Under the pieces are notes generated by a model, which was given only the letters and a program-made list of their open reading frames with translations, was not told the DNA's origin and did not search any database. Below, in pieces: positions 37,260-48,948 of a stretch of 48,948 nucleotides of DNA; positions within the stretch are counted from its first letter, which is position 1, and every line of letters begins with the position of its first letter. Source of the DNA: Geosiphon pyriformis uo1 (taxonomy: Eukaryota > Fungi > Glomeromycota); NCBI GenBank assembly GCA_016748015.1, contig JAAOMT010000721.1, positions 50,634-99,581 on the forward strand, in the 5' to 3' direction. The translations under genes and the position numbers were made by a program.

Positions 37260-39156
37260 ATGTCAAAAAGTTTAGAAATGAAAGATAATGGAGAAATTAA
37301 TCACTATGAAAAAATATCACTCGAGATGCGAGAAATTAGTAATGAGAAGAGAAAAACTTTGAGGAAAGTTCCAGACAAAATTCCTTCTGGTATTTGAAAC
37401 AAGAATTTCTCCCCCCTCCCCCATGATCTATAATCTTTGATGTTTCTGAGTATTTGATTGAAAAGTTATAATAAAAATCAAATTTTTTAGTTGTAATAGG
37501 TTTAGCCCTTATAGCATTCTGTGAGCTATTCGCATACGTCGGGGTAAACACTTCACTACAAAACTATATTCAATTCTCAGTCCCTCAAAATGGTACAACG
37601 CAATCAGGTGCCCTAGGAAAAGGTCAACAAATAGCAACGGCTCTTCAGTCCTTTTTATCATTTTGGGGTTTCACGAGTCCGATCCTCATCATTCTAATCC
37701 GAAGCCGATTTGTTGACAGTTTTGATGCGCTCATGACATTTCTTTGTATCCTAATTTTTGGAATCGCAATCATCGCAATAACCTCGATTCCGATATCGAT
37801 TTCAGCGGGACTTGCATTTCCAGGACTCATAATTGGCTTAATAGTGATGGGATTTGGATTTGGACTGAAGATGATGCTAAATGTCATAATTGGAGAACAA
37901 CACACGGAAACAAAACAACGAATAAAAGTTTTGAAATCAGGAGAAAAAGTTATTGTCGATCCTATTTTGACACTTCAATCATATTATCATTGGTATTATA
38001 TGGGAACCGTAGGAGGAGCTTTGGCTCCAATAATTACGACTAATATCGAAAGATATCATTCTTATTGGTTGACATTTTCGATTTCAGCTATATTCGCTAC
38101 AATCGGTGCTGGTGTGTTTATCTACAGTAAAAAATTGTTAGCCAAAACGCCAAAACGTGATCCACAAATATGGCAAGTGCTTCAAGTGATCAAGATTGCC
38201 TTGAAAAATGGTCGAAATCTCGAAAATGCCAAACCATTAAATTTGAAACAAATCAAAAACATTACTTGGGATGATAAACTTATCGACGATTTACGTATTG
38301 TCTTGTACATATCTCGTAATTTTCTTTTCTACCCATTCTATTTCACCTGCTATATTCAGATGGCAAATAATCTTGTCTCTCAAGCGGCAACCATGGAAAC
38401 CGGAATTATCCCAAATAATCTCGTATATCTCTTGAGTCCTATCACTGTAGTAATTTTGATTCCTATAATGGATAAATTAGTTTACCCTTTTCTGCGAAAA
38501 TTAAACATTGTTTTACTACCAATCAAGAAAATTTTTATTGGTTTCATTTTAATGACACTCGCAATGATTTATACAACCCTCCTGCAAGCAAAGATTTACC
38601 GAACGGGACCATGCTTTGAGCGATCACCTTGTGAAATTGATGGTAGAATGGTGCCAAATCGAATTTCGGTTTGGTTTCAAACTCCCATTTATTTGCTGAT
38701 TGGCTTTTCGGAAAGTTAGTTTCAAGATTTGAAGAATTTCATTGCAAAAGATTTTTCATTATTAATGAATTTCTTTTGGGGAAAATTTTTTTCTAGTTTT
38801 TTTTGTGATCACAAATTTGGGATTTGTTTTTGGACAGGTAATTAAAAAACTTATATTAATTGTTTCTTCAAAAATCGATCAAGAATTATTAATTTATACA
38901 ATTATCTTTGAAAACTTAGGCACCAGCTTCGATGAAAGAATTATTAATGTCATTTTATATGTTAACTATTGGGATTGGTTCAGGATTTGCGATTCTACTT
39001 GTCCCCTTATCTAAAAATCCTTTGTTAACCTATATGTACTTTGTTATGACAGTCATAGTTTTTATTGCTGGATGTTTGTTTTATTATTTTTGTAGGAATT
39101 CTATGAAAAAAATAGAGAAGCAAAATTTGGATAATAGTCAAGAAGTTAAAGTTTAG
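37260..39156 (+). CDS. PTR2: Divergent POT/PTR2-family (MFS) oligopeptide transporter, ~543 aa
   Basis: Exons 37260-37389, 37491-38714, 38797-38837, 38920-39156. Fungal PTR2 hallmarks: LRKVPDKIP, QNYIQ...GALGKGQQIATAL, KVLKSGEKVIVDPILT, WDDKLIDDLR, QMANNLVSQAATM, PNRISVWFQTPIY, APASMK. The symbol is family-level only. Confidence 0.92.
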
Positions 39157-40932
39157 GGAGGAAAGCTGAAGGGAATTTTAGTTTTGTGTTCTATATCTGT
39201 TTTTAAAGTGAAAAAGAAAGAATTTATTCAAGGTGTAATAAAGCAATGTTATTTTCTCCGTAATAAATTAGATATGCCGATCTAGTAATTGGATCTTCCA
39301 ATCCCAGAATTGACTTCAATATTTAGTTATAGTTTACGTAAAATTTTCGCTGCAACAAGCTTTACAATATATATTTACTATTTAATTGATTGGCTTTATG
39401 TATAACATTCAAAATTTAAAAGATATATCTATTTGATAAAAATTTGGTTAGAATTCAGAAAAATATATTGGAATAAAATTCCTTTTATATTTAAGTTAGA
39501 ATATATTGACCTAACAAATAAATAAATTTGGTATAATAATAATAATAATAATAACATTAACAATGGTGCTAAATTGATTTATATACAACTCATGAGGTTT
39601 TATTTATTATTTCATTTAATTATAAAATTACCATTTAAAAACAATCATGAATTTATTTAATCTCATTTGTAAAAAACTATAAATTAATAAAGAAATAATA
39701 AAGTTTCAACTATCTGGAATTAAACATGAGATAAGTAGAATAAGCAAAATTGCGGGAAATTGTGTTTCATAAACTTGAATGTGACAGGTGAGTAGAATCA
39801 CAAGCCTATTTCTCATATCCAAGCTCTAATTGATGATCTAACACTATTTACCTCAAATTATGTTACGACATTTTGAACATGTTCCATTTTCAAAGTTACC
39901 CAATTCATTAACGCGAAAAAAAGGTATTTTTGATATCCCGTACATAATTCGTTTGTAGTATGACATAATAAAAATGATTTTCCCCGTTTTTCTATACTAA
40001 TTTTTAAAATACTAATGATGATGATTATCTTCTGAAAAATAATAAATGAAAAATCAAATTAGGAGAACTTCAATATGAGGCTTATAATTTTAGTGTCATT
40101 TGTTTAAATGTTTTTTTTGCAAAATTTTCAGCTGGAGGTATTTTTATTAATATTTATATATGATAATTAAAATTATTTATTATTCTATGAAACCTAACTG
40201 AATATGAAATTAACTATTGCAAAAAAATAATCTGTTTATTAAATAATTAATAAAAGAATAATTTAATTAATTTATGAAATATTATTTTATTAAAATAATT
40301 TTTTTTTTTACTTTATTTCAAAATTATGTTAGTAAACTAAATGATTGATAGGTTAATAAAATGCCAAAGAAATTGATATAAAAATCTTACTAATAATAAT
40401 GATAATAATTTGTCAATGGTATGGGTTATTAAGTCACGTATTTAATTGATTTTGAAAAATGAGTTTAATTTGAATTATTTTTAATTGCTGTTTCTATTAA
40501 ACTCTGTTTTAATCATAAATAATTTTTTTTTAATAGTCTCATTTAATTGAGTAGATTATTTTAAAAAAATTATCTAAATATTAATTTCATAAATATTTTT
40601 ATGTCTACATTTTGCTTATATTAGAAAATTGTATCTTCCAAAAAAAAAAGTTTTTTTCACTTCAATTTTTGTAAAGCTCATAAAATTTTTCGAAAATAAT
40701 ACGCAAAATATCCCAAAAAAATTTAGTTTTTCAAAAATTTTCTCATCAAGAATTGACACGTAATTCGTTTAAATTGGTCTTTGCAATTTATAATTCGAGG
40801 AAAAATGTATGAAACTAGATATATTACGCTAGCTAATTTAACTCAAAGTACACAGCAATTTGATAAAGCTTATAATATATAACGATTTCCCCTAAATTTT
40901 GCATTTACTTTAAAGCTCAATTCAGTTTTTAC

Positions 40933-43160
40933 TTACAACCTACTGATTCGGCTGCGACCAATGGGAAGGTTAGAGGAACGACGATAACGATCATCATCGC
41001 CACAATCGTCATCATCATCATCATCATCGTTTCGGCCACCACGGCCACGACGACCACGACGGCCTCGTCCATTGTCTGGACGATCAGGGTTTTCGGGATG
41101 ACCCGGACGATCAGGTCGGTCGGGGCTATCGGGGTCATGTGGAGGTCGAGGTCGAGGTGTAGGATGGCGTGGACGATTATTACGTTCGTCAGGAGTAAAA
41201 TCATGAATGTTTTCCTGTAAATTTTATAGTTAGGATATATATTGAAAATCATTCAATTATTTATCCCGTCTTTAAAGTTTACCTTGATGAAAGATTCGAT
41301 TGGTTCAGGATTTCGAGAAGTAATTTTTTCTACATCTCCTGTTGGTTCACTCCCTAATCCGTTCTTATAGGTGTCCAAAAGGTCACAACTTTAAAAGATG
41401 GAAAGTGAAAAATAAAGTATTTAAAATGGATATAGGTAACATATCGACTCAATGGCAATTAAAAATCCACTGCAACCTACATTATATCAATTTCGGTAAC
41501 CTGAAGAGGTAAGAACGGATACGGGAAAATATCCCCTTTTACGTTTCTACCGTCCCGATTTCGACCATCCCGATCACGATTTTGATTGGGTAGGACAGAA
41601 TTAAGAGGGAGAGAATTTTCGAATTGGTAGAAAGCTTCACATAATTCTTCAACAATAATTCCACGTTCCTCCGGGTTAGAATTGCAGATTAGATCAACGC
41701 TGAACGTTTTTAACTCCTCTAATGGAGCTAATGCAGATCGTATATCAACTCTCTCGTTAACTCGTTGCCGGATTCGTCTATTGATGCGTTCGCGACGACT
41801 TTCATATTTTTGAATTCTATTTTCCTCGAGCTCATTATTGCTAATCAAATAAATTGCAGATTCAATTTGTTGTACTGCGTCGTGGAATGTGATGGCACCC
41901 TGTTTAACAGAGTTTTTACCACCTTTCAAAAGATCAGCGATAGCTTCATGGATGAGGGAAAGCCCACGTTGATAACGGTAGGCACCATTTAATAGTTCAG
42001 ATGAACGTCTACGATCATCTTCATCGCGATTATCATCCACATTTTCACGAAGATTTCGTAAATAATCTTCAACTTCCCGTCGATCCACTTCTTCAAAATG
42101 CACTCTTTTTTCACGTCTTCTAATATTTCGATTGATAGTTTCAACAATATCACGTGGTGATATCGCATTGGGACCAGTTAGGGTGTAGGTTTTATGATGA
42201 TGGTTCTTCTCAAGTCCTTCTAATTTACCGTTTGCATTGAGCAACAAACAACGGATACTTCTCACAACATCTTCGAGATTTACAGAAGCAAATTGATCGC
42301 GTTCTTGCAATTGGAGTCGAATTTTGCCTTGGTCGATAGCAGAATCACTCCACAACCAAAGGGCTTGTTGAACTAATGGGAGTCTGATTAAGATTTGGTA
42401 ATGGTGGGAATCAGGGTGATGACTGATAATAAATATCTCAATAATATTTAGGCGATAAATTAATCGATTACCTAAAAATAACTACACATTCCAACGAATC
42501 ATGCCAAATCCGTTCGATTTCAGCATAATCACGATGTGTTGAAGTTTGGTCTTGATCGGCATTTTCTACAGAAATCATAATAACCCCTTTAACGTTGGCA
42601 TCCTTGGCAGCCTGAGAATTAATAGATCACATCATTGAAATATTCAAAGAAATGATAAAAAACTAAGATCGATTAAGGAAATGGGGAAAATAATTTCAAA
42701 GTACTGAACAATTTTGTTCAAATACCTTGGACAGAGTCTCTGCCATTTGAACTCTGTTCCTATGATTCTCCGGTATATACACCAAGCCATAAGTACCACG
42801 AAGAAGTTCACGAAGACTATCTTGATCATTATAATTGATATCTGCTACCTCTGCGCCAAATCTTTCTAATTCACGCGCATGAAGATTGCGCAAGTCACGT
42901 GTTACAGCCCTTATATTCCAATTTGAAAATCGCCTCTCATTTAGTAGGCCACGAGCAAGAGAACTACTCAACCAACTTTCAGCAGCGGTGAAAACGATAT
43001 TATGTCGTTTATCGTGGTCGCGATCCCTATCCCGATCTCGATCATGATCATGGTCCCGGTCCCGGTCTCGATCATGGTCCCGATCATGATCCCGATTCCG
43101 ATCCCGAGAATTTTCATCATCTCGTTTTCTCCCAAGTAGTCTCATTGGAAGCAAAGACAT
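40933..43160 (-). CDS. NmrA-like atypical SDR (NAD(P)-binding Rossmann fold) with RD-repeat N-terminus, helical insertion and low-complexity tail, ~621 aa
   Basis: Exons 43160-42726, 42611-42472, 42383-41481, 41388-41283, 41214-40933; phases consistent. Motifs: IRAVTRD...LERFGAEV..INYND.DSLRELLRG, AAKDANVKGVIMIS, VNLEDVVR, YTLTGP, TGDVEKITSRNPEPIESFIKEN..DFTP. Confidence 0.88.
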
Positions 43161-45669
43161 TTTATAATCTGTTTATTTTTTCGTTTTAATTTTTGTTGGG
43201 TTTAAAAGAATGAGATGATTGAAACTTGAATCTTTTTTTCAAATCTGAATTATCAATTCCTTTGAATGCTTTTGACGTGTTAAAAGAGAGAAGTAAAGTT
43301 TCAGAGATCAGAAAATCTTTCCAATGATTATTCGTTAATTGCTTCTCTTTTGAAAAAGGAACCGTGAAAGAAAAAAAGGAGTATACGCCTGGAATAGGAT
43401 CCTTTAAATATTCTTTGAACGATATAATTTATCCCATTATTAGTTTAAGTATTATTTAATCCCTTTTTCGTTTCGCTTTAACTATGAACGTTAATAGGTA
43501 TTGATGGATTTTTTAAACATTGATATTTTCTGATCTGAGAATATAACGGAATAAATACGCATTTTTTTAAAATTATTATTAGTTATTTTTTGATGGAAAA
43601 AACGGTTTTAACTATTTTTTTCAATCAATTTATGAATTTTTGAGTTTTGGCGTGTGATATATCAACTTTAAAACACTTATTCTTTTAATGATTTTTTACA
43701 TGCTTAATCTGTTGAATATGGCTTTTTCATTGTCACCCTCTAATTTCAAAACTTCTTTTTGATAAGCTAATAAATTGATTTCACATGTTGAAAATAATTA
43801 TATATATTTTTTTCAATAAATTGCGAAAATTTATTAGTTTGGAATAATTTTTTGATTCTTTTGATTTTTCTACCAATCTGATTTTTGTGTGTGGGAATAT
43901 GATGATCAATATGAGATTCTATTTGGAAAATTCAACGTTTAAACTTGCCTTGATTCAGTTAAAAATGCCATTAAGCATTTCTCAAATTTCTCAGGTTTTC
44001 TCAGTGTGAAAAATAGCTCCCTTAAACCTAAATTAGATCATAAATCAGAAAGCAATTTGCCGAACATGGTAACCAAATTTTCTTTTATAGACTATAATTC
44101 AATTTTAAAAGTTTGCAAACTTGTCTAAATTGGACACACAGGGATGGTTTGAAAATGACTTTATTTGATTTAAAATTTGAAACTTTTACTATTAAATAAA
44201 GTCTCACTGATGCTACAGTATATATTATGACGGTAAAAGCACCCTCGTCTACAAAAACGTGGATATTTCAGTTAATCTGGCAAACACATATCAGTATATG
44301 ACCTTTTCTGTGGAGAAATTATTAGAACAAAAACTGTTATGGCATTTGGTGATGAAAAACCTTCGTTTAGATCGCGTGAGCAGCTCCCTGACCAATTAAA
44401 GGTTTGTATAGCGAATTAAGACATCAGGGGTGGGTACGAATAATTGAAGACTTTCCGACAAGTTCAATTTGTTATGTGAAAAAGTATAGTTTTGAACATT
44501 CAAAAACATGCAAAAAAGTATGTTGGATAAATTTTCTATTAATAGTTGTTGTGATGTATTTGGGTTACTAATTAACATGAATGTCTCTGGAACATAATAT
44601 ATATTGCTAAGAACGAGAACGAAGAAGTATTCATTTAACTTTAGGCGAACCTATTTTATTAAATTCAGGACGCTGATAAAATTTGCATCTTTGGCTTTAA
44701 AGGAAGCTTTCTAAAAGAAATTTAAATTGGTTCGATTTGTTAGTTTGCTATTTTGAAGTTAGTCTAAATAATATCTTGTGTTTTCAATTGTTTCATGAAA
44801 ATGATTGTTTGATGACCAGATTCATAATTAATTTTTCTAGATGCCAAATTAAGTTACAAAGCTAATTATTAATATCTTTAATTTTCAGTTTATTCCCATG
44901 AAAGATAACTTGGTTACCATCTGTGATTGTAGAGTTTGAATTAGTGCTTTTTCATGACTTTAAGAACGTTAAAAATATCATGAAATTAGAATTTTCTTGA
45001 AAAATAAAATTCTTTACTTTAATCACGAATTCATTTTTATCAAGTTCCCTATTTTTTTTCTCAAAGTATAAATATCATTCGATTTCAAGGATTGGGAATA
45101 TAAAACATAATTAAACTTGATTTGCTACATTTAAATTAGATGATTATCATAGTTTAGACCTTTTTTATAATTAATAAGAAAATTAAATTGATTTTTTAAT
45201 ATTAAAAGTAAAAAACTAATAGAACAGAACACCTTGATTGAAAAGGCATAAGCTTTCTTAAAATCCTTAAGCATGTTTTAATCTATTTAAGAAGTTTCAA
45301 AAATGAAAATTTTGCAAGAAATTTAAAAAAATTGAAAAAACTATTTTACATTTTTTATTTTATTTTAAGATTTAAAAAATTTACAATTACCTATTTTTTT
45401 TAACTCCAAAATGTGGGATGGTCAAATTTTTTGTTATATTCCAATCAAAGCTAAGATAAATACTTATATGGGTCCTTAGAATAATTATATGTCTATTAAA
45501 TATTTTCCACTAATGGAATATGGATCATAATCACTCCCATGGATGATGTGATAAGAAGTTCAAATTTGATAAATGTTTAAGTGGGAATAAAAATTGCTAA
45601 AGACTGAAAATATGGAGATTTGGATTTTCTGAATCAAATAATTGTGAATTTCAATTCGGTCAAAAATTT

Positions 45670-46096
45670 TTATGTTATTTAATTTCTTGCCATAATACTA
45701 AGTACATTTATATAAAAATGTTTAGCTTTTCTTAAAGATAGTTTGAGAAAAAAAGTGAAATAGAATTAGATTAAAAGAGAAAAAATAAGGCTCTATAAAC
45801 TCATTCTTGATAGATTCGAATTAGATTTATTATTACCAGATTATCAATAAAGAGAATCTCCTGATAATTATATATCAAAATTTAGCTATTTTCATTCAAT
45901 AATTGAAGATAACTTTAAGCCTTTCACTTCTTTCTTCAAATGAATTCACCTTTAGCGATTGCTTAAAAGTTTTTAACGCACTTTAAACAAAATCTGATGA
46001 AGACCTCTCGCTCGTTCAGTTTCAAATTAACAAGCTTTAATTATTAAAGTAAAAAATACTATTGATTTAGCTTAACTTTCTCCATAAAGGCAAAAA
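45670..46096. repeat. Degenerate dispersed repeat, copy B (inverted partner of 1-540)
   Basis: Aligns by eye with the reverse complement of 1-540. About 115 bp of copy A (281-397) is replaced by about 20 bp here. Confidence 0.85.
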
Positions 46097-46249
46097 AGCA
46101 TTTGAGAAAAACCTCCAATATGACACCTCAACCAAGATTTAATAAATTGTTTTTAGTTTTTAATTCTTTCTTTGATTGTTGTTAACACATTTACTATGAT
46201 TGCTGAAGACGATGACGGTCTCAATGTCATTCGTCGCCACGCAGGAACA

Positions 46250-46345
46250 AAAACAATTATAATTATGATAACAACAACAATAACTACAACAACAATAACT
46301 ACAACAACAATATTAATAAATAACTCCTCCTCCTCTCTCCTCCCC
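46250..46345. repeat. Imperfect (ACA/ATA)n low-complexity tract followed by a CT-rich run
   Basis: 'acaacaacaataactacaacaacaataactacaacaacaata' then 'ctcctcctcctctctcctcc'. Confidence 0.8.
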
Positions 46346-48948
46346 CAAAAATACGTTCTTGTAATTGGACACAAATAAGCTTTTGTTCAAAACAGGGCAA
46401 GACATGTCAGGCTGTACAAATAATAACATCATTCAACCCACCACCTAAATGTCTATTATATTTTTATATCTCTTGCTATTAAATAAAATGAATACTTTAT
46501 TTGTACTTTAAACTTGAATATATTTTAAAGTTTTAATAAAGATTCATTTTATAACCCAAGTTTGATTTATTGAGTAAAATAACAGGTTAATTATAAGTAA
46601 ACTTGAATCTTGCACTCTGTTAAATGGAAATTTTCAATTATAACAAGCCTTGCCGCCTTCTATATCTCATAGTGAATTGCCGATTTCTACCCAGATTTCA
46701 TGAACTTTGTAAGTTCATATTGATATTTACTTATTTAAACAAGTTTTGATTGCTATATATTAAATTTTAGAGCTCTTGAAAAAATCAAAAGAAATTCAAA
46801 TTCAAGCGTGCAAATAAAAAAAAAGATCTTAAAACTTTTGAATGTTTGAGCCTAACCAAATAGAGGTATTTGATTTCTACTTATGAAAACTGAATGAATA
46901 GTTTCCAAAAATAAATGAAATTAATCAAGAAATCTCTTAATATGGGACATTTTTGTAATATTTGGATCAATAATTAAATTATTAATTAAGTTAATATTCA
47001 ACTTAATTAACTTTTTTTTTAAAGCTGTAGCAAAGTACTAGATCATTTAAACATTATGAATTCAATTACTCTTAATTTTTCAACTATTTTTTTTGATTTA
47101 GACATATTAAGGTAAATTTTTTTTCTTTTTTTTCTTAATTTATATTGTTATTATCTTTAATAAAAGTATTATTAAATGACAATTTTTGAAAAATAATCAA
47201 TATCTGTTATTGACTTCTAAAAACAGCAGTTGTATTATTTTTTATTGATAACATAAATCATTTCTTAATTCTTAAATTCTTTAAAAAAAATTAGTAATTG
47301 TAATTCTTATATTAATTGAATTACTTACTTATTCAAATTAATTGTTTTTATTATTATATAATACAATATCTTTCTAAATGTACGCTTTATAAGTACATAC
47401 TCTTTCTATATACACACTATAGTCTGGTTACAAGTTCGAAACTTAGAGCGGTGTGCGTACTTTCTCTCTATTATATGCATGCACATGACGATTGTATTAT
47501 AATGACCAATTAAAAGTTTCCGATTGTTTGTTAGATAATGATAAATAGCATTAGATCTACTTAGATTGTTTTGATTGGCTTGATGGCTAATCATATGTAA
47601 AAAGTACACAGTTTACATTTACTGTGTACCAATATCTATTTTATCATGGCTATTTTTTAAATGCATACTCTTTCTAAGTGTATAAATATAGTTAGGTCTA
47701 AAAACGTGCACTTATAAAAGTATATTGTATCTATTTTTTGGTATTTGTTAGTATATTATCTTAATTTATAATAATATTAACAATATTTTATGTTATTTTA
47801 TTTTGTACTTTTCTTTATATAACATATTTGCCAACAGTTTATTTTTCATATATTATTTTTTATATAATCTCTAAATATTTTTTTAATATTATAAAAAAAA
47901 TAAAGTATATTTACAGTTAATATAATATTAAAAACTAATTTTTAATTTCATATTTATCATATTATTTGCTAGTTGGTTTACTTTTTTTATTTACTAATAG
48001 TGCTTGAATTTAATCATAATAAATAATATAATACTTTTAAAAATTGTATTTACATCTTTGTTAATAATTCTAATTTATTTAAATTTTTAATCAGATTAGT
48101 ACAAAACTTTTGAAATTCAAGTTTTTTTTATTTTTAATCATAAAACAAAACATTATTAAATTTTTTTGTTTAAAAGTTAATTAACATAAATAATATTCAA
48201 TTTTTGAGTTTGGTTTTGTTTTTAAAAAATCAATTTTTATTTAATACTTTTAAAAATTAATTCAGTTACTTAATTCTTAACAAGATTTGCTTTTAATATT
48301 ACTAATTTGGTTAAAATATTTTGAATTAGTTATTTATTTATTTGTAAATTTAATGCTTTGTATAAAATATTTTATTTAAAATGCTAATATTGTTAACATA
48401 TTTTAATATTTTAATTAATTTGGTTAAAAAATTTCAGTTTATATATTTTTAGATATTAAATAATGTTTAATAAAATATTTTTTTATTAAATTAGCTTTGT
48501 TTTAAACAAATTTTCAATTATATTATTTCACTTTTAATTAATTTCTCAAAGAAAAAACCGATTTGTGCTTAATATTTATAATAAACAATTAATTTGCTAA
48601 TATTAAATAGTATATCTGTTTTTTTAAATTGATTTCTGTTTTATTTTTTGTTTGTTTGTTTTAAATTAATAATACCAAAATTTTGTTAATAGCATAATAT
48701 TTAAATGTTTATATAATATTTTTTTTGTTTTGTTACTTTAATTAGTTTGTATTAATGCATAATTTGGCAACAAATATTTTAAAATTAATAAAATAAAAAA
48801 TAATCATTGTTTTTTTTTGGTATTAATAATTAAATTATTAATTTCAAAAAAATTAAAAACAATATTTAAAATGGGTTTTTTATTTTATTTGTGTTTTCTA
48901 TTAGCAAATTAACAATATAAATATAAATTTTAATAAAAATAATTTTTG

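Noticed and set aside
37336-38043. Short overlapping ORFs in the POT locus
   Set aside because: Antisense or off-frame shadows of the transporter exons.
40929-41252. Hydrophobic 107-aa ORF (poly-V/M)
   Set aside because: Alternative frame of the last exon of the NmrA-like gene, whose spliced frame is ENIHDFTP...SRL*.
44200-44600. Higher-GC patch with short open frames
   Set aside because: No recognisable motif or consistent splice model; may be a relic but cannot be supported.
46153-46378. Thr/Ile-rich and Val/Ile-rich ORF pair
   Set aside because: Explained by the ACA/ATA low-complexity repeat.

Overview
Very AT-rich, intron-containing eukaryotic DNA. The gene repertoire, short spliceosomal introns and CpG-depleted AT blocks suggest an early-diverging fungus, probably Glomeromycotina/Mucoromycota (inference from sequence style only). 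By hand I rebuilt eight gene models: a secreted RlpA/DPBB (expansin-like) protein, a class-3 lipase-fold protein, a BTB/POZ protein, a cytochrome P450, a nine-exon two-TM membrane protein with one frameshift, a secreted Gly/Asn- and Lys-rich protein, a POT/PTR2 transporter and an NmrA-like Rossmann protein. Also present: a truncated duplicate of the lipase 3' end, two decayed Tc1-family transposons, a ~0.5 kb degenerate inverted repeat pair near the window ends, tandem repeats and microsatellites. The most notable pattern is that four intact genes have each lost their family's hallmark residues: the lipase nucleophile Ser, the P450 I-helix Thr, the POT ExxERFxYY motif and the NmrA glycine-rich loop. 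The two-TM protein has a DEG/ENaC/P2X-like topology, a 10-nt microexon and a GC-AG intron. All splice models were read by eye and need RNA-seq confirmation. I saw no rRNA, tRNA or CRISPR features.
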